DNA from: Spirochaetales bacterium
Lineage (GTDB): Bacteria > Spirochaetota > Spirochaetia > Treponematales > UBA12059
NCBI GenBank assembly: GCA_016928955.1
Contig: JAFGJV010000004.1
Coordinates: forward strand, 1-64,000
Direction: 5' to 3'
DNA: 64,000 nucleotides
The position numbers were made by a program, and so were the translations under genes. Every line of letters starts with the position of its first letter. Position 1 is the stretch's first letter. Below, one piece after another: positions 46,597 to 56,543 of this stretch. A model generated the notes under the pieces. It was not told where the DNA came from, made no database searches, and worked only from the letters and a program-made list of their open reading frames with translations.

Positions 46597-49500
46597 TCAC
46601 CAGGGTCGGCATGGCCGAGTGGATGCCGCCAGGCCGCCTGATACCGGCGGTCACGGCGGCATTTTTGTCGGCGGCCAGGCTCACGCGCAGCACGATGGCC
46701 TTGCTGCCGGCCTTGGATACGGCCGACTTGAACAGGGCCAGCGGCACGCGCGCCACGTAATAGCCCCTCCTGTCGGTGGACGTCTCGACAGCTGTGTCAG
46801 CGCCTCCGATGCGCAGTACCACGGGAAGCTTGGCCACGGCATCGGGACGCGCCAGGTTCACGACCCTGCCCACCACGATGGCGGCGCTGTCCCCCAGGCG
46901 TCCGCCAAAGACATCAGTGAAGGCGGACGGCTTGACCGAGCGGTGGCCGTTGGCCACCTCGCCGCCGAGTTCCCCGCTGAAGTAGCGTCTGGCGTCGGCG
47001 GGGGCAAGGCGGAAGCCCTCCTGCACGGCCATATCCGGCGACGTGAAGGGGACCAGGGCGTCGTGCGGCACGGCCGCGAATACGTTCGGGTTCTGCCTGG
47101 CGTCGTATATGGCGCCCGTGCGGCGGTCGGCCACAAAACCCACGCTCTTGCGGGCAAGGATGTCAACTACGGTGCGGTAGGCGCCCACGGGCTTGCCGTT
47201 TGCCGTCTGCGTCAGTGTTACGGTACGGCGGCCGGGTTTGGTTCCCGGAAGCGCCAGGTAGAAGACGCGGAGCGCGGATGCCTTGGCCCGCGCAAGGCGC
47301 GTGCCCGCGCGCACGGCAGACAGGCCTTCCAGCGTTGCCTCGACGCCCCCCACGAACAGGAAGAAACGGTACGCAGGCCGCGCGGCCGGTTCCCAGGGCT
47401 GGGGCTTGCCTTCAAGACCGGGCAGGGGCTTGCCGCCGAACGCGGCAGCGGGTTTCCTGTCCAGAACGCGCGTGCCTTCAAACGGAAGGAATACATGTTT
47501 GCCAGGGATTTTGCCCGGATTCCCTACGATGCGCCCGTCTGGCAAAAGCTCGGCGCAATGCTTGAGGCTGACGCCCTTGCACATAGCCAGGGGCAGTCTC
47601 AGTATGAACACCAAGCCGTCCGCGTCGCGGGCGTCGGCCAGAAGTCCCCAGCGGGCGTGGGCTTTGGAAAAGCCCAGCGTGAAATCGTTCGGCATGCGGG
47701 AGAAGTTGACCGGCGAGTCGTCCTCTATGACCATTTTCTGCGACACGATGCCGTCGTCCGCAGCGTGTCCCTGCACGATATTGGCGTTGCGCACGGCCAG
47801 GTTGTTGTTTGCGTGGTCCGCGGACCACACGCTGTCCGCGGTGTTGACCGCCAGGGACGTGTCCAGACCGTTGGTGAATTCAGGGTGTGATCCATTGTCC
47901 CTGAGGTTGACGCAGGCGACGCGGCATCCGTGCGAATCAGACGCGTCCGGCGGGACCTGGTCATGGGGAACGTGCCACACGAATTCGGCCAGGGCGTAAT
48001 TCTTGGCGGCGCCCGGAGTGGACGCACCGGACAGGGCAGGTATGGCGTCAGCCAGCACGGGCTTGTCCTGCACGCCGGGATCATACAGCTGGTAGACGGT
48101 CTGGACGTACTCCGTGCACGCCTGGTTTGCCCATATTCTCTCGTAGGCGTCGTCGCGGGCGTCCGTGCCGTAGGGATCGAAGTCCGCGCGGAGCACGCTG
48201 CCCAGGAAGAACATCTGGGACCGGGCGGGACCCGGCACGATGCCCCGGTTGGACACGCGCATCCACATGCGGTTGTAGTAGTGGTCGGTGGCGGAATAGT
48301 CGGACCAGCCAGAGTCGGTCAGCTTGATGGGTTTTGCGGGATCTGACGACGGTATGTCCACAACGCCAGAAGGGCTGTAGGCGTAGGGCACGGGGTCGCC
48401 CTTGGCAAAGCCCCAGGGGTAGGTGCTCTCGGCCGTGCCGCGGGGGTCGGGAAGCGAGAGCGGCGACGAGCCCCTGAACACGGCCAAAGCCATATCCGGA
48501 CTGAGCGACGAGCTTGTGCCCGGGTCGCCGGTGTTGGACTCGGTGGGGCGCACGTAGAAATCGGGCAGGAACTGCCGCACCACGCCACGCGCGTCGTCCA
48601 CGCGGTCCCCGGCCGCGTCCAGCTTAAAATAGCCTGAGCTGGGCGCTCCGCCGTACAGACCAGGGAGCGGCGCCAGCGGGTAATCCACATAGGCCAACAC
48701 AAAGAGCCTGCGGGCCAGTCGAGCCCTGTCCACGGTCAGTAACAGCGCCGGGCCTGCCACGGTAGCGTCCACGGATGCGCCGCTTGCCACGCTGAAGGCG
48801 GCCGTGGAAATTCCGGCAAGCGGCTTGAGCGACGAGCCGTCGTACGCTGGGAAGGTAGATAGCTGGTTGAAGCCGTCCATGGAAGCTGCGGACGAGTCGT
48901 CCCAGTCGGCAACCAGGAAGCGGAGCTTGGCGTTGACCACCATTCCAGCGTTGTAGCCTGAAGCTGTCTTGCGAACCGTGGCGGCCAGCGGAAGGTTGAC
49001 GGTGTCCGACGCGTATATCGGCTCGTCAGTGGCGTGGCCGTCAAGGGAAATGCGTTCAGAGCGGTAGAACGGCCCGTCCGTCCGGTCCGTGCCCCGGTAC
49101 ACGTCCGGGAAGCCCAGGCTGAGTGCGTTGCCTGCCGCCGGCTCGTACTTGGCGTCGTAGAATGCATAACGCAGGTAATCCAGCAAAAGCGTGCCGGATT
49201 GCCCGATATTCTCAAGCATGCCGAACGACGCGCACGCGTATCCGGCGTGCTCGGAGGCGAATACGCGTGGTAACAGGGTTTCCGCGGTGTCAAAGTCTGC
49301 ATGAGCGACTTCTAGCAGGGTGATACGCCACAACGCGCTGCCCGAGCCATCGTACAGGCGGGCCAATCGGACGGAACGGAACGAATCCAGGTCCGGCAGG
49401 GTAAAGCTCGATATAAGATACGGGATTTTACCGGGCTGGGGGTCGGGGTAGGCAGGGTGGACACGCATGCCCAGGCGCCAGAGGCCGCCTGAGTCCCTAA

Positions 49501-51418
49501 GCAGGGCCAACCGGGCCACGTAGGGACCGTTCCTGATGGACAGTATGTCGCCCATGGAGTCCAGAAGGGTTGCCGGCGCCGACGCGTCGTAGGCAACGCC
49601 TGTGGCTGGGCTTGGTGCCCCAATCTTTATACGCGCCTCTATATACGCACGGGCTCCGTTGGTAAGCGCTTCTCCGGCGTTTGCCAAGGAATACTCGTAT
49701 TCACGCACATACCAGCCGCCAAGGTCACCCGCGCTCTTGGCAAAGGCTAGGTGGCCGTCCGCGTTAACAGCGGGCGCAAGGCTTCCCTCCAGAGCCCAGG
49801 CGGGGACGTGCCCGCCGTCAGGCGCCTTGCAGGATGAGGTGGCCAGGGCCTCGGGGCAGGCTCCCGGCGCGCCCTCCTCCCTCGGATAATATCCCCAGCC
49901 CTCTAGAGCGTCAGAGTGGTTGGCAAAGGTGCTTACGTCAACCAGATCGAAGTAATAGTCGGCGGCGGGCACTGTCACGCCTGCGCCGTTGGTGTATGCG
50001 TCGACATGTAAGTGGTGTGCACCATACGTGTCTACTTCCAAATTTTTTGATAAAGCATTCACGTCGAAATAACTTTGAGAAGAGTCAAAAAATACGGACG
50101 GTTCAATATAGCCAGGGAATAATGTTTTTATTTCGCATATCAGTGTACAGGGATTTTGCAGTGTTATAACCGTGTTACTCCCTGGTTGCAGAGGAGTTAC
50201 TCGCGTTTCAGACCCGATTGTCTCCTCAATAAGCACATTTACTGTGGCTGATATGTCCGCAGTTGGCGACTCATCGACCAAAAACACAAGGGGATCGCTA
50301 TTGCTTGGGCCAAGGCTGAATTCCCGGCGGGCTATATCTACTATGGGCGTGGTTGTGTCTGAGCCGGGAGGAGAATCAAGCATTGGCTTAAACCGAATAA
50401 CATGCCCATCGAGATGCGAGAGGTCATCGAATTCGCATATCCATTTCTCTGCGTTGTTAGTGAGATATGAGGATGCAGGATGTCCAGTAGCCACAGGCAA
50501 GTCTGAGAAAGTCATTCCATATGTATTTTTTATAAGATTTAGATAAATTTGATTATCGGTTGTGTCCTCGAATTTGAATTTATTTGGTTCGTTCGTAGAT
50601 TGGTCTTTTGTGCCATTCCCTATAGGCTTTCCGCTATATGTGAGTACTATTCTACTTCCACTTCTAACTTTTGCTATCGATGACGATATGAAAGTTGTCG
50701 TAGAATCAGGATAGATTGAAATGTAAGGTTGAGGCGACATAGCCGCCTGAATTCTAGACGTTATATAATCCAAAACTGTGCTAGGGTTATAAGGGGCCTC
50801 GGAGAAGGCAGGATCAAAAACAATAAGGTTGGAAATAGATTCTATGTCCCCGATATTGGATAGCTCAGCCGCTAGACCGTTATATGTAGATCGTAGATGG
50901 AACTTATCTATTAAATATTTGTCGGTTGAATTCACACAAACAATTGATATTGGTGAATCTATTATGCCATCGACTGATGTTACTATTGAATTGGCTAAAG
51001 ATCCGGAGTATGTATCCGTCCTTATAACAGGGAATGGTATGTAGTTCGTTGTCTGCGGGTCTCCTGGTATGTCATATCCTGATCCCAAATAGCTAGTGTA
51101 AACAGACGGAGAAGTTATATTCGAATTGCCATTGCGTAGGATTACCGCAACAAGCATGCGGCTGTCTGGGCTGTTAGGGACACCAATGGTGTCAGAACCG
51201 TAGTAATTGGTATATAGAGACGCAAGTATACGCAACCAGCTTTTCTCTGAGGTGGGATTTGACATGTCTATTACAGCGAAAACAGAGACGCTGCAAGAGT
51301 TTAAACAGTCCCCAAAAGTTTGCGCTGATGACAAAATTGCGGAATACATGCCTTTTGTTACGAATGATGTTGTAAGGCTAATCTCGTTTGATGGAATTAT
51401 GTGGTTGGTGATAGGCAT
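46586..51418 (-). CDS. Giant 1610-aa hypothetical multi-domain protein
   Basis: Uninterrupted ORF; RBS GGAGTAGG; beta-rich; AT-rich 5' third and GC-rich remainder. Confidence 0.75.
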   Translation of the reverse strand: MPITNHIIPSNEISLTTSFVTKGMYSAILSSAQTFGDCLNSCSVSVFAVIDMSNPTSEKSWLRILASLYTNYYGSDTIGVPNSPDSRMLVAVILRNGNSNITSPSVYTSYLGSGYDIPGDPQTTNYIPFPVIRTDTYSGSLANSIVTSVDGIIDSPISIVCVNSTDKYLIDKFHLRSTYNGLAAELSNIGDIESISNLIVFDPAFSEAPYNPSTVLDYITSRIQAAMSPQPYISIYPDSTTTFISSSIAKVRSGSRIVLTYSGKPIGNGTKDQSTNEPNKFKFEDTTDNQIYLNLIKNTYGMTFSDLPVATGHPASSYLTNNAEKWICEFDDLSHLDGHVIRFKPMLDSPPGSDTTTPIVDIARREFSLGPSNSDPLVFLVDESPTADISATVNVLIEETIGSETRVTPLQPGSNTVITLQNPCTLICEIKTLFPGYIEPSVFFDSSQSYFDVNALSKNLEVDTYGAHHLHVDAYTNGAGVTVPAADYYFDLVDVSTFANHSDALEGWGYYPREEGAPGACPEALATSSCKAPDGGHVPAWALEGSLAPAVNADGHLAFAKSAGDLGGWYVREYEYSLANAGEALTNGARAYIEARIKIGAPSPATGVAYDASAPATLLDSMGDILSIRNGPYVARLALLRDSGGLWRLGMRVHPAYPDPQPGKIPYLISSFTLPDLDSFRSVRLARLYDGSGSALWRITLLEVAHADFDTAETLLPRVFASEHAGYACASFGMLENIGQSGTLLLDYLRYAFYDAKYEPAAGNALSLGFPDVYRGTDRTDGPFYRSERISLDGHATDEPIYASDTVNLPLAATVRKTASGYNAGMVVNAKLRFLVADWDDSSAASMDGFNQLSTFPAYDGSSLKPLAGISTAAFSVASGASVDATVAGPALLLTVDRARLARRLFVLAYVDYPLAPLPGLYGGAPSSGYFKLDAAGDRVDDARGVVRQFLPDFYVRPTESNTGDPGTSSSLSPDMALAVFRGSSPLSLPDPRGTAESTYPWGFAKGDPVPYAYSPSGVVDIPSSDPAKPIKLTDSGWSDYSATDHYYNRMWMRVSNRGIVPGPARSQMFFLGSVLRADFDPYGTDARDDAYERIWANQACTEYVQTVYQLYDPGVQDKPVLADAIPALSGASTPGAAKNYALAEFVWHVPHDQVPPDASDSHGCRVACVNLRDNGSHPEFTNGLDTSLAVNTADSVWSADHANNNLAVRNANIVQGHAADDGIVSQKMVIEDDSPVNFSRMPNDFTLGFSKAHARWGLLADARDADGLVFILRLPLAMCKGVSLKHCAELLPDGRIVGNPGKIPGKHVFLPFEGTRVLDRKPAAAFGGKPLPGLEGKPQPWEPAARPAYRFFLFVGGVEATLEGLSAVRAGTRLARAKASALRVFYLALPGTKPGRRTVTLTQTANGKPVGAYRTVVDILARKSVGFVADRRTGAIYDARQNPNVFAAVPHDALVPFTSPDMAVQEGFRLAPADARRYFSGELGGEVANGHRSVKPSAFTDVFGGRLGDSAAIVVGRVVNLARPDAVAKLPVVLRIGGADTAVETSTDRRGYYVARVPLALFKSAVSKAGSKAIVLRVSLAADKNAAVTAGIRRPGGIHSAMPTLVIKR

Positions 51419-51427
51419 GTGTTTTAC

Positions 51428-53224
51428 CTACTCCGATTGGTATGCGCCAATAGTCCAGCCGCCAAGGGTTGGTCGAATAACTCCTGAGAGATCATTAGTA
51501 AAAATCCAGAAGGCAGAATTGCCATTTATACCTCCTGATAGAAAATCTGAAGGACTATCTTTTGTGGGTCGAAAATATTCATCGATCAACGGGTTCATAA
51601 CGATATTCGCGTCATTGTTGTCAAGAGAATTGAGGGTGTTGATTTCATTTATATTGGTTGATGGATAATCATGGTACAGATAATGAGAATCAGTGGAGTC
51701 GAATTCCCAGAAAAAGTTGTTTAGGCATGTTACAGCATCCGTTGTAGCGTAGCTCTCATATATAGCATGAGTAGTTCTAAGACTAGGGGATCGATTTAAG
51801 AAAAGATTGTTGTCGATGGAAGTAGAAAGCGAGCTATGGATATAAATGCCATAATTGTTTGGGATGAAGCTTGTGGAATGACCAGTTATAATCGTGTTGT
51901 TCCTTATAAAGAGTTGGCAGCTCTCGCTATTGATGCCGATAGTAGTGGTTATTGCTGGCCCTGATTTTATTATGTTGTTATTTATGTGTATTGGTGTGTC
52001 TGGAACGGATTCGAGAGAGATGGCTTTGCTTGTGGTGCCCGCGCCGCTTTCGATGATATTTCTGTCGATAACTATTGGATCTGAACCGGCTAGAAACGTG
52101 GCTCGTATACCAAAAGAGGTTGCGTCTGGTGCAGTCGTAGATGTATTTCCTGAAAATATTTGACAGCAACTTATTCTGGGCTTCCCGTAATCGTAAATAG
52201 AAATTCCAGCACACCATTTTGTATTCGTGCCTCCAGATCCTTCGAAATTTATAATACAGTTGGTGATATGTGGCTGACTATCGCCTGATGTTGTGCCGGA
52301 AACGGTGATGGCGGACTTGTCATAATCACCTAAAGATGCAGGGTTGCCTCCAGCATAAATAATGCAATCTGTGATTGTTGGAGATGAATCCTTGCAGAAC
52401 AAAGCAACGCTATTGGTACCAAGTGAACTTCCGATTATATTAAAACCTTCGATTGATGTTGCGGTTGTCAAACCGGTGCCGCAGTCGACCGCACGGTTGG
52501 GATCATTAAATGAGTAATCACCGCTCCCTAAGTCTCGTATGATTGTGGGATATAATGCGGTACTCCGGTCATTCCATATTGGAGAATAGCCACCTTTTAG
52601 AGAAAAACCTACTTGAAGTACAATCCTGCTGGAAAAATCTCCAGAATAATTTACCAGATATTCGTTAGGTGTAACGCTAGATCTTGCGACTCGTACTTCT
52701 GCTCCTGCAGAGTATATATCATCGATAAATCCTATAGCCTTGGCAATGCTATTAAAAGGATGGCGCTGCGTGCCTGCCCATGCTTTTGTTGTGTCATCAC
52801 TTGCGTTGGAATCGCCTCCCTCCACGCATACCCCATTAAAGACCTCAAAAACATACGTGTATGACGAAAGCTGGCCCTTATGCGTTATGTCAACTTTAAG
52901 GCTTTTCCCGTCGCCAGCGCTCCAGTCCACGTCATTGCTCGGGTTGACATTCAAGGTGCGGGCGTCGGCCCAGGACAGGGTTGTGGAATCCAGGAGCATG
53001 GAGCCGGAGACTGACACTGATCCTGGATCCATGTCTTCGTCAAAGCTCAGGGTAATGGTTTCATGGGCGGTGACTATGGTTCCATTGGCCGGAGATATTG
53101 CTGGGCGGTTGGCCTCAGAGGCGAGCCGCGCCATTTCGTCAAGCAAGGCGTCCGAGCAGGACGAGGCGGCCAGGGCAAGTAAAGTAGCCACCGAGAACAA
53201 CAGGGAAAGGCGACTGGTTTTCAT
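51428..53224 (-). CDS. Surface lipoprotein with Ig-like domain and right-handed beta-helix
   Basis: Lipobox ASSC; SPANG...ITLSFDEDMD Ig-like; GTQRHPFNSIAKAI, LKGGY, repeated I.NN.I strands, terminal IGAYQ. Confidence 0.8.
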   Translation of the reverse strand: MKTSRLSLLFSVATLLALAASSCSDALLDEMARLASEANRPAISPANGTIVTAHETITLSFDEDMDPGSVSVSGSMLLDSTTLSWADARTLNVNPSNDVDWSAGDGKSLKVDITHKGQLSSYTYVFEVFNGVCVEGGDSNASDDTTKAWAGTQRHPFNSIAKAIGFIDDIYSAGAEVRVARSSVTPNEYLVNYSGDFSSRIVLQVGFSLKGGYSPIWNDRSTALYPTIIRDLGSGDYSFNDPNRAVDCGTGLTTATSIEGFNIIGSSLGTNSVALFCKDSSPTITDCIIYAGGNPASLGDYDKSAITVSGTTSGDSQPHITNCIINFEGSGGTNTKWCAGISIYDYGKPRISCCQIFSGNTSTTAPDATSFGIRATFLAGSDPIVIDRNIIESGAGTTSKAISLESVPDTPIHINNNIIKSGPAITTTIGINSESCQLFIRNNTIITGHSTSFIPNNYGIYIHSSLSTSIDNNLFLNRSPSLRTTHAIYESYATTDAVTCLNNFFWEFDSTDSHYLYHDYPSTNINEINTLNSLDNNDANIVMNPLIDEYFRPTKDSPSDFLSGGINGNSAFWIFTNDLSGVIRPTLGGWTIGAYQSE

Positions 53225-53226
53225 GA

Positions 53227-55272
53227 TTATTCCTCCCAGGTAACGGATGGGGTGGACGCGTCAGACGCGCGGGCAGCTCCCGGGGCGGCCACAAAGGCGT
53301 AGCGGGCGGCGGTGTCGGGGCTGGCTTTTTCCAGCTCGCCAAGGAAACGGGATAGGTCATCGGTATGGCCAAGCTCAGACGAGGACAGCACCAGGCCTAC
53401 CAGGGCCGCAAGGCTGGTGGGATTCAGCCTGCGGCCGGTCTGGAACGCGGCCAGGGCGGCTTTGGCGTCTCCCTGAACGAAGAGGACATTGCCGAGGTTG
53501 ATCCACGCGGTGGCTGTTTCCTTGACTTTAAGCGACGAGCGGAAAACCTCCTCGGCTTTGGCCAGCATGCCAAAGCGCGCGTACACAAGACCCTGCTTGT
53601 TGAGGGCTGCCGGGTCCTTGGACGAGCCCGCACTGGCCGTGCGCAGGAAGCTTTCCATTTCCCTGGCAATGAGCGCGTCCATGCTCGCCTTGAAGCGAGC
53701 GCCCAATTGCTCAGCCTTGGGCAATTCCACAGACGACTCGCTGCCTATCATGGCCACGGGCTCGTACAGCTCCCAGGCGTCGCGCACGGGATAGATCACG
53801 GCCTGTCCCTTGGACTTGGCCTCGCGCCACTGGCGGGCGCCCGTCAGCCAGGCTTTCATGAAGCCGTCGTTCCAGAGCGTCACCTCAACCGGCATCCACA
53901 GTTTTCCGTTGTGCTCGATGAGGTCGCCATAGTTGGTAAAGAAAGAGCGGCCCTGGGCGGGGCTCAGGCCGAGGGCAAAGGCCGTGAATATGTGCCCGGG
54001 CACGGTGATGAAGGCGCTCTCCACGCCGGCGGCTTCCAGGAGGGCTGCGTACAGGATGGACATGTCGTCGCAATCGCCGGCGCGGTAGTCCAGGGTCTGG
54101 GCCGGGAACTGGAGATAGTCCACGGCATGCTCGTTCTTGGACGACGCGGCGTAGGGCACCTTGGGATCCGGCACGTACTGGACGCCATACAGACGGAGCT
54201 GTTCAAGGATGCCCACGCCTTGCCTGAGCGACGCGTCCAGGGTCTGGTACCCTGACGAGCGCGCTATGCCGGCCGCGGCCTTGGCCAGGCGCATGACCGC
54301 GGGGTCGTTCATGGTGACAAAGCTGGCCGCCTTGCGGTCGTCGTCCCAGAGCGACGCGTTGCGGTGGTTGATCTCGATAACCGTGGACACGGACGTGGAT
54401 TTCTCCCCGCCCGCGTACTCATAGCTGACGCCTATCTGCGCCTGGGCCTTGGTAGGCTCGAGCACGGTGAGTATCTGCCGCGTGAACAGGGCATAGAGCT
54501 CAACCGTGACAGACTCGCCGCGCTGGATCACGGGTATGGTGGCGCATTCTTTGGGCGCGTCCATGTACTGGGGGACAAAGACGGTGACGCGCACGTTCTT
54601 GATGGCCCCGCCCTCGATATTGTGGAGGGTGAGGGTACCCAGGGAATTTTCGTCGTAGTATTTATAGAAGACCGGGAAGACGGGCACGATGACGATATCA
54701 CGGATTTCCGTGCGAGCCTTGCTGTCAAGCTGGTTGAAATTGACGCCAGCGGACAGGGTGACCGAAAGGCCTTGGTACAAAGGCTCGCTGGCCGCGAATT
54801 GGTGGAGGTAGCCGGCCGCCAGGCGGACTCGGAACGCGGATGACAGGTACAGGGTGGCGGCCGCCTCGGCTGACGCGTACGGCGTCAGCGCCCCAGCCTC
54901 GCCCAGCATGCCATACGACAGGCCACCCCTGCCGTCCAGGCCCAGGGTAAGGGTACCAAAAGGATTCCAGCGCAGCCCGGCGCCGGCGCTGGCTCCGATG
55001 GCGCTCAGGACCTCATCCAGGCCGGAGGGCACGGACGAGTAATCCAGGGAGCCGCCAAGGCAGAGGAACGGTGCCGCGGGTGGTATCCAATCAGCGTCCA
55101 CGGAAGCTCCCCAGCCAAGGCCGAAGCGGTCTACGCTGGGACTGCCTGGAAAGGGTACTAGCACAGAGGGCTCGACCGACAGGGACAGGCCGGAACCGCT
55201 TTGGGCCCACAACGGGGAAAACGCCAAAACCAGGCCCGCGACGGCGAGCCTTAGGAGCATGCGTTGGATCAT
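53227..55272 (-). CDS. Exported protein: beta-barrel-like N-terminus, Ig-like domain, transglutaminase-like domain, TPR
   Basis: Signal peptide; amphipathic strands; GDCDDMSIL, PGHIF, PVEVT; AWINLGNV TPR. Confidence 0.8.
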   Translation of the reverse strand: MIQRMLLRLAVAGLVLAFSPLWAQSGSGLSLSVEPSVLVPFPGSPSVDRFGLGWGASVDADWIPPAAPFLCLGGSLDYSSVPSGLDEVLSAIGASAGAGLRWNPFGTLTLGLDGRGGLSYGMLGEAGALTPYASAEAAATLYLSSAFRVRLAAGYLHQFAASEPLYQGLSVTLSAGVNFNQLDSKARTEIRDIVIVPVFPVFYKYYDENSLGTLTLHNIEGGAIKNVRVTVFVPQYMDAPKECATIPVIQRGESVTVELYALFTRQILTVLEPTKAQAQIGVSYEYAGGEKSTSVSTVIEINHRNASLWDDDRKAASFVTMNDPAVMRLAKAAAGIARSSGYQTLDASLRQGVGILEQLRLYGVQYVPDPKVPYAASSKNEHAVDYLQFPAQTLDYRAGDCDDMSILYAALLEAAGVESAFITVPGHIFTAFALGLSPAQGRSFFTNYGDLIEHNGKLWMPVEVTLWNDGFMKAWLTGARQWREAKSKGQAVIYPVRDAWELYEPVAMIGSESSVELPKAEQLGARFKASMDALIAREMESFLRTASAGSSKDPAALNKQGLVYARFGMLAKAEEVFRSSLKVKETATAWINLGNVLFVQGDAKAALAAFQTGRRLNPTSLAALVGLVLSSSELGHTDDLSRFLGELEKASPDTAARYAFVAAPGAARASDASTPSVTWEE

Positions 55273-55423
55273 AATGAACCTCGATGACGCGAACGATTCT
55301 GCTGATAAGCTCTGATGATTATCCGGTGGCACACGATCAAGGATCGATGCCGCCCTTCATACGAGGAAGTATATACCTCTTTGCCGCGGAATCCAGTAGG
55401 TTTTTCTTTACCTGTGATGTAAT

Positions 55424-55459
55424 GGGAACCTCTAAAAACTGTAGTTTTTAGAGGCTCCC
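55424..55459. repeat. REP-like palindrome
   Basis: GGGAACCTCTAAAAAC-TGTA-GTTTTTAGAGGCTCCC. Confidence 0.85.
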
Positions 55460-55534
55460 TAATGTCACAGAATACGAAAAATATGGGAAAGCTCTAAATA
55501 GTGCAATCTAAGAAAGATCGTCGATTTGACGCAT

Positions 55535-56389
55535 TTACAACAACTCCCGCTTGTCCATGCTCCACTGGCTGTCCGCGTCGCCCAGGGCGGCCGCCAGGAA
55601 GGGCAGAACGGCGGCCAGGGTTGAGTCCAGGGTCCAGGGCGGGTTGATCACGAACATGCCTGAACCGTACAGCCCCCGTTCGGACGGTGCGCCTATGCTG
55701 AGCCTGGCGTCCAGGCAGGGCCGCCCTGTGGACGCCGCCAGTTCGGTCAGCCGTCCGGCCAGGTCCAGGGCTTCCTGGCGGGACAACAGGGGATACCACA
55801 ACAGGTACACGCCGGTGGCAAAACGGCGGAGGGCGTCGGCCAGGGCGGCGAGCGCGCGTTCATAATCGGCGGCCAGTTCGTAGGACGGATCCACGTGGAT
55901 CAGGGCCCTGCGCTCGCGCGGAGGCAGGAAGCCTTTGAGCGCGGCATAGCCGTCCGTTTGGTGCACGCGGGCTCTGCGGTCCGATCTGAACGCGTCGGCA
56001 AGGGCGACACCGTCCGACGGGTGGAGTTCGCACAGGACCAGGCGGTCGCCCGGCCTGAGGGCGCGCGCGGCCAGGGCGGGCGAGCCTGGGTAGGCCAAGC
56101 CGCCGCGCTCGCCCCTGAACGCCAGCACGGTGTCCACGTAATCTTTAACGGCGGGCGGAGTGTCAGGGGCGCTGGCCGGGCCTTCCAGGCGCGCCCAGCC
56201 GTCCGCCCACTCCGCGTTCTGGGCGGCCTGGCCCTGGTCCAGGATGTACGAGCCGGCTCCGGCGTGCGTGTCCACGTACGCAAGCGCTGCGTCCTTGGCC
56301 GTCATCCTGCGCAGGCAGGCCAGAAGCGTCACGTGCTTGAGAACGTCGGCGTGGTTGCCGGCATGGAAGGCATGGCGGTATCCGAGCAT
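55535..56389 (-). CDS. rlmJ: 23S rRNA (adenine2030-N6)-methyltransferase
   Basis: YRHAFHAGNHADVLKH, DTHAGAG, YPGSP, ELHP, DPSYE, GSGMFVINPPW. Confidence 0.95.
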   Translation of the reverse strand: MLGYRHAFHAGNHADVLKHVTLLACLRRMTAKDAALAYVDTHAGAGSYILDQGQAAQNAEWADGWARLEGPASAPDTPPAVKDYVDTVLAFRGERGGLAYPGSPALAARALRPGDRLVLCELHPSDGVALADAFRSDRRARVHQTDGYAALKGFLPPRERRALIHVDPSYELAADYERALAALADALRRFATGVYLLWYPLLSRQEALDLAGRLTELAASTGRPCLDARLSIGAPSERGLYGSGMFVINPPWTLDSTLAAVLPFLAAALGDADSQWSMDKRELL

Positions 56390-56490
56390 GCGACCATACT
56401 GTCCTCAAGGGGCCCAAGCGCGCAAGCCCGGGGACGTCCGGGATGGAAGGGGCCGGGAGGGAAGGGGCTCCTTCTCTCCCGGACAGGAAC

Positions 56491-56519
56491 TTGAGAAGGC
56501 AGACATAAACTGGTATAGT
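56491..56519 (+). promoter_or_regulatory. Sigma70 promoter
   Basis: TTGAGA-17 nt-TATAGT, followed by RBS AAGGAG. Confidence 0.65.
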
Positions 56520-56543
56520 GTCGGTTAAAAGGAGCGCAACAGC

